Shown here: positions 28,897 through 38,381 of the stretch, one piece after another
How the letters are laid out: every line of letters begins with the position of its first letter
Numbering within the stretch: position 1 is the first letter of the stretch
Assembly (NCBI GenBank): GCA_902628305.1
Contig: CACOMK010000001.1
Location: 44,980 to 108,979, forward strand
Length of the DNA: 64,000 nt
DNA from: an uncultured Pelagibacteraceae bacterium
GTDB taxonomy: Bacteria > Pseudomonadota > Alphaproteobacteria > Pelagibacterales > Pelagibacteraceae
Reading direction: 5' to 3'
Position numbers and translations under genes: made by a program
Notes under the pieces: model-generated
What the model was told of the DNA's origin: nothing
Database searches by the model: none
Seen by the model: the letters and a program-made list of their open reading frames with translations, nothing else

Positions 28897-29625
28897 ATGA
28901 ATTTTTCATTGGAAATAGGTCCTAAAACAGAAGTTGATACAGTTCCAGCATTGTCTGATGTTTACATTACCATGCTACCTGGAGGTGATTACAGAGAGAC
29001 TGCTGATAAAGCGGTAGAGCTTGTAAAAAAAGGATTCAACCCTGTGCCTCATTTTCCTGCTAGGTCAATACATGATGAAAAAGAACTTAAAGATTATGTC
29101 TCTAGATGCAAAGATGGAGGCGTAAAGCAAGCCTTAATTATTGGAGGCGGAAGAGAACCAGCAGGTAAGTTTGATAGTTCTTTTCAAATTTTAGAGACTG
29201 GTTATTTTGAAAAAATGAAAATAGGAATTGCTGGACATCCCGAGGGGAGTCCTGATATATCCGATTCAGATTTAGAAAAAGCTATGATAGATAAAAAGCC
29301 TTATGCTGATTATATTGTAACACAGTGGTTACTAGATCCTCAGCCTATTATAGATTTTATTTCTAAGCAAAGCGTACCAGTGCATGTGGGAATTACTGGG
29401 CCATTAAAAATATCTAGCTTAATCAAGTTTGCTAATATTGTTGGGGCAAAAAATTCCTTAAACTTTCTTAAATCTAATTTTACTAAGGCATTAGATTTAT
29501 TGAAACCTAAAGACCCTAATGATTTAATTGGGAAAGTTAAATCGCACACTGATAACTTCCACATTTATACATTCGGCGGCTTGAAGGAAACTAACAAGTG
29601 GTTGAGGGAGAATAGTTATGTCTAA
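28897..29625 (+). CDS. metF: Short methylenetetrahydrofolate reductase-like protein
   Basis: PVPHFPARS, IGIAGHPEG, IVTQW, HIYTFGG. Confidence 0.75.
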   Translation: MNFSLEIGPKTEVDTVPALSDVYITMLPGGDYRETADKAVELVKKGFNPVPHFPARSIHDEKELKDYVSRCKDGGVKQALIIGGGREPAGKFDSSFQILETGYFEKMKIGIAGHPEGSPDISDSDLEKAMIDKKPYADYIVTQWLLDPQPIIDFISKQSVPVHVGITGPLKISSLIKFANIVGAKNSLNFLKSNFTKALDLLKPKDPNDLIGKVKSHTDNFHIYTFGGLKETNKWLRENSYV

Positions 29626-30976
29626 TGAATTTGACTATACTAAATTAAAACATGTTACTTCTGTAGATCAGTCAGATAGAGAAGTACCGTACAATTTAAG
29701 ACAAAGTGGGCCAACAAAAGTTGAAATGTTAATTTCAACAAGGGTAAGAAAGTCACCCTATTGGCATTTATCAATGCAGGCAGGTTGTTGGAGAGCAACT
29801 GTATACAATCGTATTTATCACCCAAGAGGTTACGTAAAACCTGAAGATGGTGGAGCTATGGTTGAATATGACGCTATCGTAAATCATGTAACAATGTGGA
29901 ACGTTGCTGTTGAGAGACAAATAAGAGTTAAGGGTCCAGATGCAGAGAAATTTACTAACTATGTGATCACAAGAGATGCAACTAAAATTTCTCCAATGAG
30001 AGCAAGATACGTTATTTTATGTAACGCTTATGGCGGAGTTTTAAATGATCCAATTCTTTTAAGAATTTCAGAAGATGAGTTTTGGTTTTCATTATCAGAC
30101 TCTGATATTGGCATGTATTTACAAGGTGTTAATGCTGATGGAAGATTCAATTGTACTATTGAAGAAATTGATGTCAGTCCAGTTCAAATACAAGGACCTA
30201 AATCAAAAGCATTAATGAAAGATCTATGTGGCGATCAAGTTGATTTCGATAATATGCCTTTCTACGGCTTAGCAGCAGCTAAGGTTGGAGGAAGAGATGT
30301 TGTTATTTCTCAGTCTGGTTTCTCAGGTGAAGCTGGTTATGAGATTTATTTAAGAAATTCAACTTTGTACGCTGAAGATATGTGGAATGCTGTACTTGCG
30401 GCTGGAAAAAAACATAGCTTGATGGTTATTGCTCCTGCTCATCATAGAAGAATCCAAGCAGGTATACTTTCATGGGGACAAGACATGGATCAACAACATA
30501 ATCCATTCCAATGTAATTTAGGTTATCAAGTTTCTTTATCTGGAAAAGGTGAATGGAACAAAGCTGCTGATTATGTTGGTAAGGCTGCACTAGAAAAAAT
30601 GAAAGAAGAGTTAAAAGCAGGAAAAAAACCTTACAAACTTCAATTAGTTGGTATGGAATTGGGCGGCAAACCTATTGATAATTATGCACCTGACTTTTGG
30701 TTAGTTTCTCCAGAAAGTGGCGGAGATCCAGTGGGATTTTTAACTTCACCTTGGTGGCATCCTGAGAAGAAAACAAATATTGCTATGGGGTATGTGCCTT
30801 TCGATGGAACGTTAAATGCAAATGGTTTTCCAAAAGGAAAAGTGGGAACTAAATATAAAGTTCATCTACCAGAACAATATTCAGAAACTCCAGGAACACC
30901 TGTAGATGCTGTTTTGGTGGATATTCCATTCAAAGAATCTTTCAACGCAAATACAAGAGAAGTTGTAAAAGGCTAA
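29618..30976 (+). CDS. GcvT-like THF-dependent demethylase (DmdA/LigM-like), substrate unknown
   Basis: STRVRKSPY, WNVAVERQI, SGFSGEAGYEIY, RRIQAGILSWGQDM. Confidence 0.8.
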   Translation: MSNEFDYTKLKHVTSVDQSDREVPYNLRQSGPTKVEMLISTRVRKSPYWHLSMQAGCWRATVYNRIYHPRGYVKPEDGGAMVEYDAIVNHVTMWNVAVERQIRVKGPDAEKFTNYVITRDATKISPMRARYVILCNAYGGVLNDPILLRISEDEFWFSLSDSDIGMYLQGVNADGRFNCTIEEIDVSPVQIQGPKSKALMKDLCGDQVDFDNMPFYGLAAAKVGGRDVVISQSGFSGEAGYEIYLRNSTLYAEDMWNAVLAAGKKHSLMVIAPAHHRRIQAGILSWGQDMDQQHNPFQCNLGYQVSLSGKGEWNKAADYVGKAALEKMKEELKAGKKPYKLQLVGMELGGKPIDNYAPDFWLVSPESGGDPVGFLTSPWWHPEKKTNIAMGYVPFDGTLNANGFPKGKVGTKYKVHLPEQYSETPGTPVDAVLVDIPFKESFNANTREVVKG

Positions 30977-30984
30977 AATTTACT

Positions 30985-31014
30985 AAGGGGGAGCTAATTT
31001 CAGCTCCCCTTTTT
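30985..31014 (+). terminator. Intrinsic terminator
   Basis: GGGGAGCT-AATTTC-AGCTCCCC followed by TTTTT. Confidence 0.85.
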
Positions 31015-31021
31015 AAATCTA

Positions 31022-31132
31022 ATGACAAAAAGTTTTCTAATAGCAGTTTGCATTATTATTGCTATTGCTTTAATAATATTTCCATTAATTGTTTCATATA
31101 AGGCTCAAAAAAATAAAAATAAAAAAAATTAA
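31022..31132 (+). CDS. 36-aa single-TM microprotein (not in the ORF track)
   Basis: MTKSFLIAVCIIIAIALIIFPLIVSYKAQKNKNKKN*; its TAA overlaps the next ATG (TAATG). Confidence 0.55.
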   Translation: MTKSFLIAVCIIIAIALIIFPLIVSYKAQKNKNKKN

Positions 31133-31677
31133 TGTTTGGTGAATTTTTAAATATAATTTTTAAGTCAATAAAATTAGACAAAACTCTTTATTCAGATAAT
31201 AAAAATTTTGGAGAAGCATCAATATACTTTGCTGGTATTATAATGATCCTAGATGGTATCGCTGGAGCAGTAGCAGCCAATACCATTATTAAAACAGCTA
31301 TTGCAATGTCTGGTCTAACTGCAATAGTTACTTGGCTAATATGGGCAATTTTTATTTTTGTAATTGGAGTTAAATTATTTCCAGATAAGCAAACCAAAGT
31401 TTCCTTCAAAAAAGTTTTAACAGCTGTTGGATTTGCACATGCACCTGGTTTATTAAGATTTTTTGCGGTCACGCCAGATTTAATGATACCAATAATTTTT
31501 CTCACTCAGTTCTGGATTTTTGCAGGTTTAATAATTTCAACTAAACAAATATTGAGTTTAAAATCTAACTTTAAATCTTTTGGGATTATACTTTTATCCT
31601 TTTTAATTATTGCATTTTTATCTATCTCATTTGTGATGAGTAGAATGAATATGCTTCCAGTTAGTCAAATCAGTTAA
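31132..31677 (+). CDS. YIP1-family membrane protein
   Basis: Five TM segments; VGFAHAPGLLRFF motif. Confidence 0.65.
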   Translation: MFGEFLNIIFKSIKLDKTLYSDNKNFGEASIYFAGIIMILDGIAGAVAANTIIKTAIAMSGLTAIVTWLIWAIFIFVIGVKLFPDKQTKVSFKKVLTAVGFAHAPGLLRFFAVTPDLMIPIIFLTQFWIFAGLIISTKQILSLKSNFKSFGIILLSFLIIAFLSISFVMSRMNMLPVSQIS

Positions 31678-31841
31678 AGTGGAAATATAGTCTTAGATAC
31701 TCTACAAGATTTACATAGTTTAAACCCAGTAAGAATTAAATTTTGAGTAACACTCTCGTCTTCCTCTTTGCATTCATCACAAATATTGTTTAATTCTTCA
31801 GTATCTACGTTTAGATTTTTTTCGTCAATTTTATCAATCAT
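31674..31841 (-). CDS. 55-aa C4 zinc-finger microprotein (not in the ORF track)
   Basis: MIDKIDEKNLNVDTEELNNICDECKEEDESVTQNLILTGFKLCKSCRVSKTIFPL*; start overlaps the end of the DUF3726 gene. Confidence 0.7.
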   Translation of the reverse strand: MIDKIDEKNLNVDTEELNNICDECKEEDESVTQNLILTGFKLCKSCRVSKTIFPL

Positions 31842-32445
31842 TATCTGTCAAACCAGCACCTGCAGCACCCTCTTTTAATCTGTCACTCTCTTCAACAAAA
31901 GTTTCTTCGGATAACTTGTATAAATTATTCCATTCATCGTCTGTAAAATTATCTTCATTTTCAAGTAGATTGACCTTAATTGTATTCGCTATCTTTGGAA
32001 ATTCTTGATCAATAAAATTTGAAATAATATTTACATTTAGATTTAGTAAAATTTTTTTTTCATCTATTTTTACATAAAATTTTTTTCCAATAATTTCTGA
32101 AGAACGACTTATGAAGGAAATAAAAATTATTGGATAAGCAACGTTTTTGAATTCAATTTTTTTTAAATTTTCTAAAACACTTATTTGATCTAAAAAACTA
32201 ACACCTAAATTTATTGGACAGTAAGGATTGTTTGATGAAGAGTTATTTTCACTAATTAAATTTAAATTTTCAAATTTACTTTTATTTTTTTGGTTAAAAT
32301 ATTCATTAAGGTGCTTAATACCTGGTAAACCAAATAATTCTAATAACCTTATGCTTTTTCCTGTTTCCTCTGAAACTCCCCAAGAATATCCTGCCGCTTT
32401 TGAAGCTCTTTTTACAGTAGTTTCAATTTCACTCAGTGATTTCAT
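31834..32445 (-). CDS. DUF3726-family protein
   Basis: SLSEIETTVKRASKAAGYSWGVSEE; C-terminal ESDRLKEGAAGAGLTDND. Confidence 0.75.
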   Translation of the reverse strand: MKSLSEIETTVKRASKAAGYSWGVSEETGKSIRLLELFGLPGIKHLNEYFNQKNKSKFENLNLISENNSSSNNPYCPINLGVSFLDQISVLENLKKIEFKNVAYPIIFISFISRSSEIIGKKFYVKIDEKKILLNLNVNIISNFIDQEFPKIANTIKVNLLENEDNFTDDEWNNLYKLSEETFVEESDRLKEGAAGAGLTDND

Positions 32446-32447
32446 TA

Positions 32448-34109
32448 TTAGATATTGGTTTTATATACCCACTGCTCGTCATAATTTTTTAACTCATTTG
32501 GAAGTGGAGCTCCTTGGAACATGCAAATTCTTAACCATTTGTCAGATCGTGGATCAAATTTTAATGCTCCAAAAAAAGATAATTTTAGTCTTAGCATATC
32601 AATAGGCATTAAATCTTTGCCAATTGTATTATCTTGTATTTCTGAATAAGGAAATTTTTCTACAATAAATGCTCTTCTCACAACATGTCTTAAGTCAGAA
32701 TTTGATCTTAAAAACTCAGCAATAGTTAAACTATTTTTGGAGTCTAATAATTTTTTATAAAGTTTTTTTATATCTCTTGCTATAGCCAAAGGTTGTTCTA
32801 ATTCTGATCCATGCTCCTCAAAACGATCAGCTAATCTTGGCTCTTCTTTATTTTTTGAAATAAACCAAAAGTTTTGGTTATTTTCTTTTTCTTCAAAATT
32901 AATATCTAAAATGTTTGGATACTTTGCTTCGATGATATTTCGTAATTCTTCAACTTTTCTATTAGTTGGAATATTAAAATATTTTTCTTCATCAGAGCTC
33001 ATTTCTTTTACTAAAGGATTTACAATATTGTTGTAAGGTTCCATCATTATTGAAACAATGTATTCAATGCATTCCTCGCAAGTATTATTCTCCAACCATT
33101 GATATATTTTGTTAAAAGGATATTCGTTCTCAAAATTAAAATCTTTGTTTATAAAGTTTAAAAATTTTTCTACATCTTTTAGTAAAGATGTGATTTTTTT
33201 TTGTTGGTATTCACTATCTGTATTCCAACTTGTAACATTTTTTAATGATTTTTTTACACAATCTAAAAATAAATCACTATCTTGACTTTCGACATATTTA
33301 ATTTCTCTAATTTTTTTCAGTGCTTTTTCTCTACTTAAAATCCAATTATTTAAAAGAGTTGGGTGATTGACTATAAATGGAGCCATACCCAAGCCTGTAG
33401 AATTACCTATTCCCAAGTTTTTACAAATATTATCGTCTAATTTAACAGCTATTTTCGGATTTATATTATAAGCAACATGATTAACTTGATCAAAAGTAAA
33501 TTGTCTTACTAAATAAACCAGCATCATTTCTAATCTAAATGGCCCATTAATTTCTTCACGGTTTTTAATTCTAAATCGATCAGCAAGTCCAAATTTACCT
33601 GATCCATATACAGCAGTTGTCCTATATAAATAGCCAACTTTTGATAATAAATTTAGATCTGGTTGATTCCCTTTGCTTAATTTTTCAACAACATGATTAT
33701 AAATTCTTAGCGATTTATTTGCTCTTGATAAAGTTAATTCCTTATAAGAAAGTCTACCAACTTCTTGTTTTGGAACTTCGTTTTTTAGTCTTTCAATGTC
33801 TTTTTTTGTTGGAACTCCATCGTGTAATGTAAAAGCAGCATCCCATTTTGTAGCAATAACCCTATCTGATCTTTCTTCATCTTTAATTTCGTTTGCAAAA
33901 CATACTAAGGAATAAACTCTTTTATTTTTTTTAAATGAGTAAACAGCTACTCCAAAACCATTTTCATTTAATTCGAATAAATCTCTGTTATACTCCCACT
34001 CTTTAAATTCATTTAAAAAACTTCTTAAAAAAGACAATTTAGATTGATGAAAAGATCCAAGCCTTGATAATTTCATTATCTTATTTGGATCTCTAAGTTC
34101 GACTTTCAT
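32448..34109 (-). CDS. Conserved hypothetical protein (553 aa)
   Basis: Enzyme-like blocks ERSDRVIATKWD, VGYLYRTTAVYGSGKFG, GIGNSTGLGMAPF, KFDPRSDKWLRICMFQGAP. Confidence 0.85.
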   Translation of the reverse strand: MKVELRDPNKIMKLSRLGSFHQSKLSFLRSFLNEFKEWEYNRDLFELNENGFGVAVYSFKKNKRVYSLVCFANEIKDEERSDRVIATKWDAAFTLHDGVPTKKDIERLKNEVPKQEVGRLSYKELTLSRANKSLRIYNHVVEKLSKGNQPDLNLLSKVGYLYRTTAVYGSGKFGLADRFRIKNREEINGPFRLEMMLVYLVRQFTFDQVNHVAYNINPKIAVKLDDNICKNLGIGNSTGLGMAPFIVNHPTLLNNWILSREKALKKIREIKYVESQDSDLFLDCVKKSLKNVTSWNTDSEYQQKKITSLLKDVEKFLNFINKDFNFENEYPFNKIYQWLENNTCEECIEYIVSIMMEPYNNIVNPLVKEMSSDEEKYFNIPTNRKVEELRNIIEAKYPNILDINFEEKENNQNFWFISKNKEEPRLADRFEEHGSELEQPLAIARDIKKLYKKLLDSKNSLTIAEFLRSNSDLRHVVRRAFIVEKFPYSEIQDNTIGKDLMPIDMLRLKLSFFGALKFDPRSDKWLRICMFQGAPLPNELKNYDEQWVYKTNI

Positions 34110-34111
34110 AA

Positions 34112-35077
34112 TTAAACAGATTTATAAAAATTGTACCAGTTATTGCCAAGTATTCCATATGTCTCGGTATCTGAAAATCCCACTTTTTTAAGACCTTTCT
34201 CAATATTTGAAAACCCTCTTGCATCAAGAAACCAATCAGGTTGCTTTGGAAAACCTGGTTTATTTTTTGACCCCTCACCAAAATTTTTACTTTTTGACCA
34301 AGAACCATTTCTCATCCATTCAACAACAGTGTCTGGATGATCTAAACATAGGTCAGAACCTATTCCAATTTTGTTCACATCCATTATTTCAGCAGTCTTA
34401 GCAACCATTTCACAAAAACTTTCAAGAGTGCAATTTGTGTTATTTTTTAGATGATGAGGGTATAATGACAAACCTAAAATACCACCACTATCACTTAAAA
34501 TTTTTAATAAATCTGAAGATTTATTTCTTTTAGCTGCATGCCAAAAAGATGGATTTGCATGAGTTATTGCGATTGGTTTTTCACTCAAATCAATTGCATC
34601 TAGGGTACTTTTTTCTGCAGAATGAGACATATCTACTACAAGACCAACCCTATTCATTTCCCTTATTACCTCACGACCAAAATTTGTGACACCACTATCT
34701 ATTTTTTCATAACAACCTGTTGCTAATAAAGATTGATTGTTATAAGTCAACTGCATAAATCTACATCCCAATTCATAAACCTTTTCAACAAGCCTTATAT
34801 CATCTTCAATTGGTGAACAATTTTGAAAACCAAAGAATATTGCAGTTCTATTTTCTTTATTGGCTTTATCAATATCTTTAAAATTCTTACCAGGAAAAAT
34901 TAAGTCAGAGTTTTCTTGGAATAATTTTTCCCATTTTTTAATTTCAAGTTGTAATTCATCGAAATCTTCATGATATACAATCGTAACATGAACAGCATCT
35001 AAGCCAGCGGATCTGTTAATCTCAAAGATTTTTCTGGACCAATTACAGTATTGAAGATTGTCGATTTTATAATTCAT
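34112..35077 (-). CDS. Membrane dipeptidase-family (M19) metallohydrolase
   Basis: QLTYN, VDMSH, AITHAN, GIGSD; ATG 35077 after AAGGA. Confidence 0.85.
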   Translation of the reverse strand: MNYKIDNLQYCNWSRKIFEINRSAGLDAVHVTIVYHEDFDELQLEIKKWEKLFQENSDLIFPGKNFKDIDKANKENRTAIFFGFQNCSPIEDDIRLVEKVYELGCRFMQLTYNNQSLLATGCYEKIDSGVTNFGREVIREMNRVGLVVDMSHSAEKSTLDAIDLSEKPIAITHANPSFWHAAKRNKSSDLLKILSDSGGILGLSLYPHHLKNNTNCTLESFCEMVAKTAEIMDVNKIGIGSDLCLDHPDTVVEWMRNGSWSKSKNFGEGSKNKPGFPKQPDWFLDARGFSNIEKGLKKVGFSDTETYGILGNNWYNFYKSV

Positions 35078-35171
35078 AGTATCCTTAACTCTAATCAATA
35101 TGTATTTTAAATACTATTAATTTTATTGAAATTTTAACTTAACTTTGAAATAACCAGATTTATCAATTTTC

Positions 35172-35663
35172 ATGAAAAAAAATACTAAATTAAAAGTTTC
35201 AATCGTCATGGGAAGCCAATCTGACTATAAAATAATGAAACTAACAGAAAAAACCTTAAAAAAAATTGGAGTATCGTTTGAAACAAAAATTATATCTGCT
35301 CACAGAACTCCACAAAGAATGTATGAATATGCTAAAAAAGTTGAGCAAAATTATATAGGAGTAATAATTGCAGGTGCTGGAGGATCTGCACACCTCCCAG
35401 GTATGATATCAGCTATTACACATGTGCCTGTACTTGGTGTTCCTGTTGAAAGCAAAAAACTTAAAGGATTAGATAGCTTACTATCAATAGCACAAATGCC
35501 GAAAGGAATACCTGTTGGAACACTTGCTATAGGTGAGGATGGTGCCATTAATGCAGCTTTATTAGCTGCAGCGATAATTGCTAATCACAATCCGAATGTT
35601 CGAAAAAAACTTAAAAATTTTAGAACGTCGCAAACTAAATCTGTAAAACAAACTCCAAAATAA
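35172..35663 (+). CDS. purE: N5-CAIR mutase
   Basis: MGSQSD, SAHRTP, AGAGGSAHLPGM, QMPKGIPV. Confidence 0.97.
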   Translation: MKKNTKLKVSIVMGSQSDYKIMKLTEKTLKKIGVSFETKIISAHRTPQRMYEYAKKVEQNYIGVIIAGAGGSAHLPGMISAITHVPVLGVPVESKKLKGLDSLLSIAQMPKGIPVGTLAIGEDGAINAALLAAAIIANHNPNVRKKLKNFRTSQTKSVKQTPK

Positions 35664-35664
35664 A

Positions 35665-36711
35665 ATGTCAGAAATTACTCTTGGTATCATTGGGGGTGGG
35701 CAACTTGGAAGTATGCTCGCAATAGCAGCTAAAAAATTAAATATTAAAACTGTTATTTTTTGCGATGATGTGGATGCGCCAGCTCAAAATTTTTGTAATC
35801 ATTTTGTTACAGGAAGTTATGACAATAAAGAAAAAATATCGGAATTTATAAATCAAGTTAATTTAGTAACTTATGAATTTGAAAATATTCCATTTGAAAC
35901 ACTAAATGAAATTAATAGATTTAAACCTGTTTTGCCAAAGCCTTCTGTTAATAGATTGATTCAACATCGATTAGCTGAAAAAGATTTTGTTAATAAGCTA
36001 AATATAAGAACAACCAGATATGTCTCTATTGAAAAAAAATCTGATATAGATGCTTTGGAGGATTTTCTACCTGGTATTCTAAAAACAACTACATTAGGAT
36101 ATGATGGCAAAGGTCAATACCCAATTAATTCAAAAGATGAACTTAGTTCATTAAATATAGATTTTTCAAAAGGATATGTTCTTGAAAAACTTGTTAAATT
36201 AAAAAAAGAGATTTCAATTATAATCACAAGATTTAGTAATAACAAATATGAAATATATGAACCAATTGAGAATACACATGAAGATCAAATTTTAAAACAT
36301 TCAAAGATTCCTGCAGAAATAAATGAGAAAATTTTTTATCAATCAAAAGATTGGGCGACGCTAATAGCTGAGGAGCTAAAATATGTTGGAACCTTGTGTA
36401 TAGAATTTTTTATTGATAGAAATGATAATCTTTATGTTAATGAGATTGCTCCAAGAGTGCACAACTCAGGTCATTTAACTATAAATGCGTTTAATGTTAG
36501 TCAATTTGAAAATCATGTAAGGGCTGTGTGTGGCTTAGAACAAATTCCATTAAAAAAAATATCAAATGCTAAAATGATGAATCTGCTTGGAGAGCAAATT
36601 ACACACTATAGAAAAATGCAAAAGTTTAACGACAATGAATTTTTCTTTGATTATCTTAAAAAAGATATAAAAGAAAAAAGGAAAATGGGTCATATTACAA
36701 CTTTAGTATAA
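35665..36711 (+). CDS. purK: N5-CAIR synthetase
   Basis: GGGQLG, EFEN, GYDGKGQ, NEIAPRVHNSGH, RKMGH. Confidence 0.97.
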   Translation: MSEITLGIIGGGQLGSMLAIAAKKLNIKTVIFCDDVDAPAQNFCNHFVTGSYDNKEKISEFINQVNLVTYEFENIPFETLNEINRFKPVLPKPSVNRLIQHRLAEKDFVNKLNIRTTRYVSIEKKSDIDALEDFLPGILKTTTLGYDGKGQYPINSKDELSSLNIDFSKGYVLEKLVKLKKEISIIITRFSNNKYEIYEPIENTHEDQILKHSKIPAEINEKIFYQSKDWATLIAEELKYVGTLCIEFFIDRNDNLYVNEIAPRVHNSGHLTINAFNVSQFENHVRAVCGLEQIPLKKISNAKMMNLLGEQITHYRKMQKFNDNEFFFDYLKKDIKEKRKMGHITTLV

Positions 36712-37179
36712 ATGTTAAAATCAATAGAAGGTAATTTTGATAACCCAGAAGTTAATGAGCTTCTTACAAAGCACTTTATTGAACTAAGAGCTGCATCCCC
36801 AGAAGGAAGTGCGCATGTACTGGATATTCCCGGGTTAAAAGTACCATCGATTAAATTTTGGAGTTTGTGGAATCAAAAAAAATTAATAGGATGTGGTGCT
36901 TTAAAATTTTTAGATAAAGAACATGGAGAATTTAAATCTATTAGAATTCATGATGATTTTAGAAAGCAAGGCCAAGGAATGAATGTAATAAATCACTTAA
37001 TAAATGAAGCAAAAAAACTTAAAATTAAAAGAATAAGTATTGAGACAGGTGCAGGCACTTTTTTTGTTCCAGCAAGAAAACTTTTTAATAAAACTGGATT
37101 TACTGTATGCGAACCTTTTGCGCACTATAAAGAGGATATTAATTCTGTTTATTTAACTAAGCTTATTGAAGATATTTAA
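36712..37179 (+). CDS. GNAT acetyltransferase (YedL-like)
   Basis: SPEGSAHVLD, GCGALK, RKQGQG, SIETG. Confidence 0.85.
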   Translation: MLKSIEGNFDNPEVNELLTKHFIELRAASPEGSAHVLDIPGLKVPSIKFWSLWNQKKLIGCGALKFLDKEHGEFKSIRIHDDFRKQGQGMNVINHLINEAKKLKIKRISIETGAGTFFVPARKLFNKTGFTVCEPFAHYKEDINSVYLTKLIEDI

Positions 37180-37209
37180 TAAATTATCTTTAAACATTGA
37201 TCTATTTTG

Positions 37210-37267
37210 TTGACAAAACCCAATAAAATCTAAACAAAGCCAATATTACTTAAATATAAGTAATATT
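37210..37267 (+). promoter_or_regulatory. csp promoter (-35 TTGACA) and 11-bp inverted repeat in the leader
   Basis: TTGACA at 37210-15; AATATTACTTA-AATA-TAAGTAATATT at 37242-67. Confidence 0.5.
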
Positions 37268-37296
37268 AAAACATAACAAAAAGTAAGAAGATAAAT

Positions 37297-37503
37297 ATGA
37301 GTCTACAAGGAAAAGTAAAGTGGTTCAATCCAACCAAAGGTTTTGGTTTTATTGAAAGAGAAGATAAAGAAAAAGATGTGTTTGTACATGTTTCAGCAGT
37401 AAGAGATGCTGGTATGAACGGTTTAGATGAGGGTCAAGCTTTGACTTTCGATGTTGAAGATGGTCCTAAAGGTCCTTCAGCAGTTAACTTAAAAACTGCA
37501 TAA
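37297..37503 (+). CDS. Cold-shock (CspA-family) RNA-binding protein
   Basis: GKVKWFN, KGFGFI (RNP1), VFVH (RNP2). Confidence 0.97.
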   Translation: MSLQGKVKWFNPTKGFGFIEREDKEKDVFVHVSAVRDAGMNGLDEGQALTFDVEDGPKGPSAVNLKTA

Positions 37504-37517
37504 TTTCACACTTCCTG

Positions 37518-37565
37518 TTGGCTGAAAATATTAATTTTAAATATATTGATTTAATTTTCAGCCAA
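37518..37565 (+). terminator. Long stem-loop after csp
   Basis: TTGGCTGAAAAT...ATTTTCAGCCAA, 12-bp inverted repeat around an AT-rich interior. Confidence 0.6.
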
Positions 37566-37631
37566 TACCTAATTAATCAAAACAACCTTTAGACATAATT
37601 GTTAAATATATAATTAAAATTAAACTAAAAT

Positions 37632-38378
37632 ATGATTGGAATTTTAGGTGGAATGGGTACTCAAGCTGGTCTTGATTTTTGTAACAAGCTAGCTGTTCTA
37701 AATCGTGGAAAAATTGACCAAGAATATCCATTATTTTTGCTTTACAATAAATCAAATATTCCTGGAAGACCTGAGTCTATTGGCTTGCACACTAAAAAAC
37801 TCTCCAATAAATCTTTTAACAAAATAAGCAAAAAAAAATATAATAAGGTTTTAAATAGCTTAATGACAGGTTGTAAGCTTCTAGAAAAAAATAAATGTAA
37901 ATTTATAGTGATACCTTGTAATACAGCGCATTATTGGTTTGATGATTTGCAAAAAAAAATAAATATACCAATAATCAATATGCCAAAAGAAGTATTCAAA
38001 TTCACAAAAAAAAAATGTAAAAAAAACTCAAAGATTGGGCTTTTAGCAACCGAGGGAACACTTAAAACCAGTGTTTACAAAAAATTTTTTGAAAATGATT
38101 ATCAATTAGTTGAACCATCACAAAAAATTCAAAAATTATCAGTAAATAAAGCTATTAAATTTGTTAAAATGGGTAATGTGAAAGCTGCTGCAAAATCGAT
38201 TAAACCTGCGATTGATTTATTAATAAAAATGAAATGCAAAAAAATTATTTTAGGTTGCACAGAACTACCAATTGCAATTTTCGCATTCAAATCATTTAAA
38301 AAAGTAAAATCTTCAAAGATATTTTTAGATCCTAACTTAATTTTAGCTCAATCAGCTATGGTTAAACATACAAATTAG
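37632..38378 (+). CDS. Aspartate/glutamate racemase-family protein
   Basis: GILGGMG; both catalytic Cys present (IPCNTAH, LGCTELP). Confidence 0.9.
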   Translation: MIGILGGMGTQAGLDFCNKLAVLNRGKIDQEYPLFLLYNKSNIPGRPESIGLHTKKLSNKSFNKISKKKYNKVLNSLMTGCKLLEKNKCKFIVIPCNTAHYWFDDLQKKINIPIINMPKEVFKFTKKKCKKNSKIGLLATEGTLKTSVYKKFFENDYQLVEPSQKIQKLSVNKAIKFVKMGNVKAAAKSIKPAIDLLIKMKCKKIILGCTELPIAIFAFKSFKKVKSSKIFLDPNLILAQSAMVKHTN

Positions 38379-38381
38379 ATA

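Noticed and set aside
29618-30976. True gcvT or dmdA
   Set aside because: No gcvH/P adjacent, longer than either, and orthology cannot be established by eye
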